A stretch of DNA of 32,803 bases from Macrostomum lignano (Eukaryota): positions 1-32,803 of the forward strand of contig NIVC01004870.1 of the NCBI GenBank assembly GCA_002269645.1, in the 5' to 3' direction. Under the pieces are notes generated by a model, which ran no database searches, was not told the DNA's origin, and saw only the letters and a program-made list of their open reading frames with translations. The translations under genes were made by a program, and so were the position numbers. Every line of letters begins with the position of its first letter. The stretch's first letter is position 1. This document shows, piece after piece, positions 32,471 to 32,803 of this stretch.

Positions 32471-32803
32471 TTTTTTCCTCTGCTTCTATTCTCCCCACCC
32501 TCTCGGCCTCACTCTTAAACCTTTTATTCTCAACATCCGCTGTGTCTACGTCCGCTGTCTCCGTAATCCACCTTTCCGCAGTTGAAGTGCAGTTCTGGAG
32601 TAAGTTACTATAGTTAGTAGTTTATTTCCTGCCAACTGTTTTGGACTCAATCGGCGGCTAGCTATCTATGAATAATATCAGCATGCAGAATAAATAATAT
32701 TTCGCTTGCTGTCATGCTGTTTTTTATGTTGATTTCTTTGCACAGTCAGTGTCGTATCTTCTGTCCAGCTAAATGCTGACAATTTTTAGTCAAAAACTCC
32801 CTT

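Noticed and set aside
31921-32613. 230-aa Ser/Leu-rich ORF
   Set aside because: Translation of the 22-bp pyrimidine repeat, which lacks stop codons because of its composition.

Overview
Eukaryotic (invertebrate, intron-containing) DNA. The GC-rich codons and minisatellite-filled introns resemble the flatworm Macrostomum, but that attribution is inference only. No CRISPR, rRNA or intact tRNA genes were found. Exon models were built by hand from GT/AG sites and frame. Left to right: a frameshifted Merlin/IS1595-like transposase relic in an AT-rich block; an orphan CCAAT x3 + TATA promoter module; a 7-exon minus-strand Cys-loop (nAChR-like, non-alpha) channel subunit with a TAA-flanked MITE in one intron; two head-to-head secreted PAN/apple-like + fibrinogen-C proteins plus a relic third copy; a complete 6-exon ribophorin I (RPN1) gene on the minus strand with a different minisatellite in each of introns 3-5; and, head-to-head with RPN1, a STAR-family KH RNA-binding protein gene (Quaking/HOW/GLD-1 type) that runs off the window. 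The most notable signals are in the STAR gene. Its KH-splitting intron 2 is a 30-bp array carrying 28 sense-strand copies of the family's own binding core ACUAAU, ending next to the 3' splice site. The gene also has two tandem paralogous QUA2 exons that look mutually exclusive. Together these suggest a repeat-encoded autoregulatory splicing module (hypothesis).
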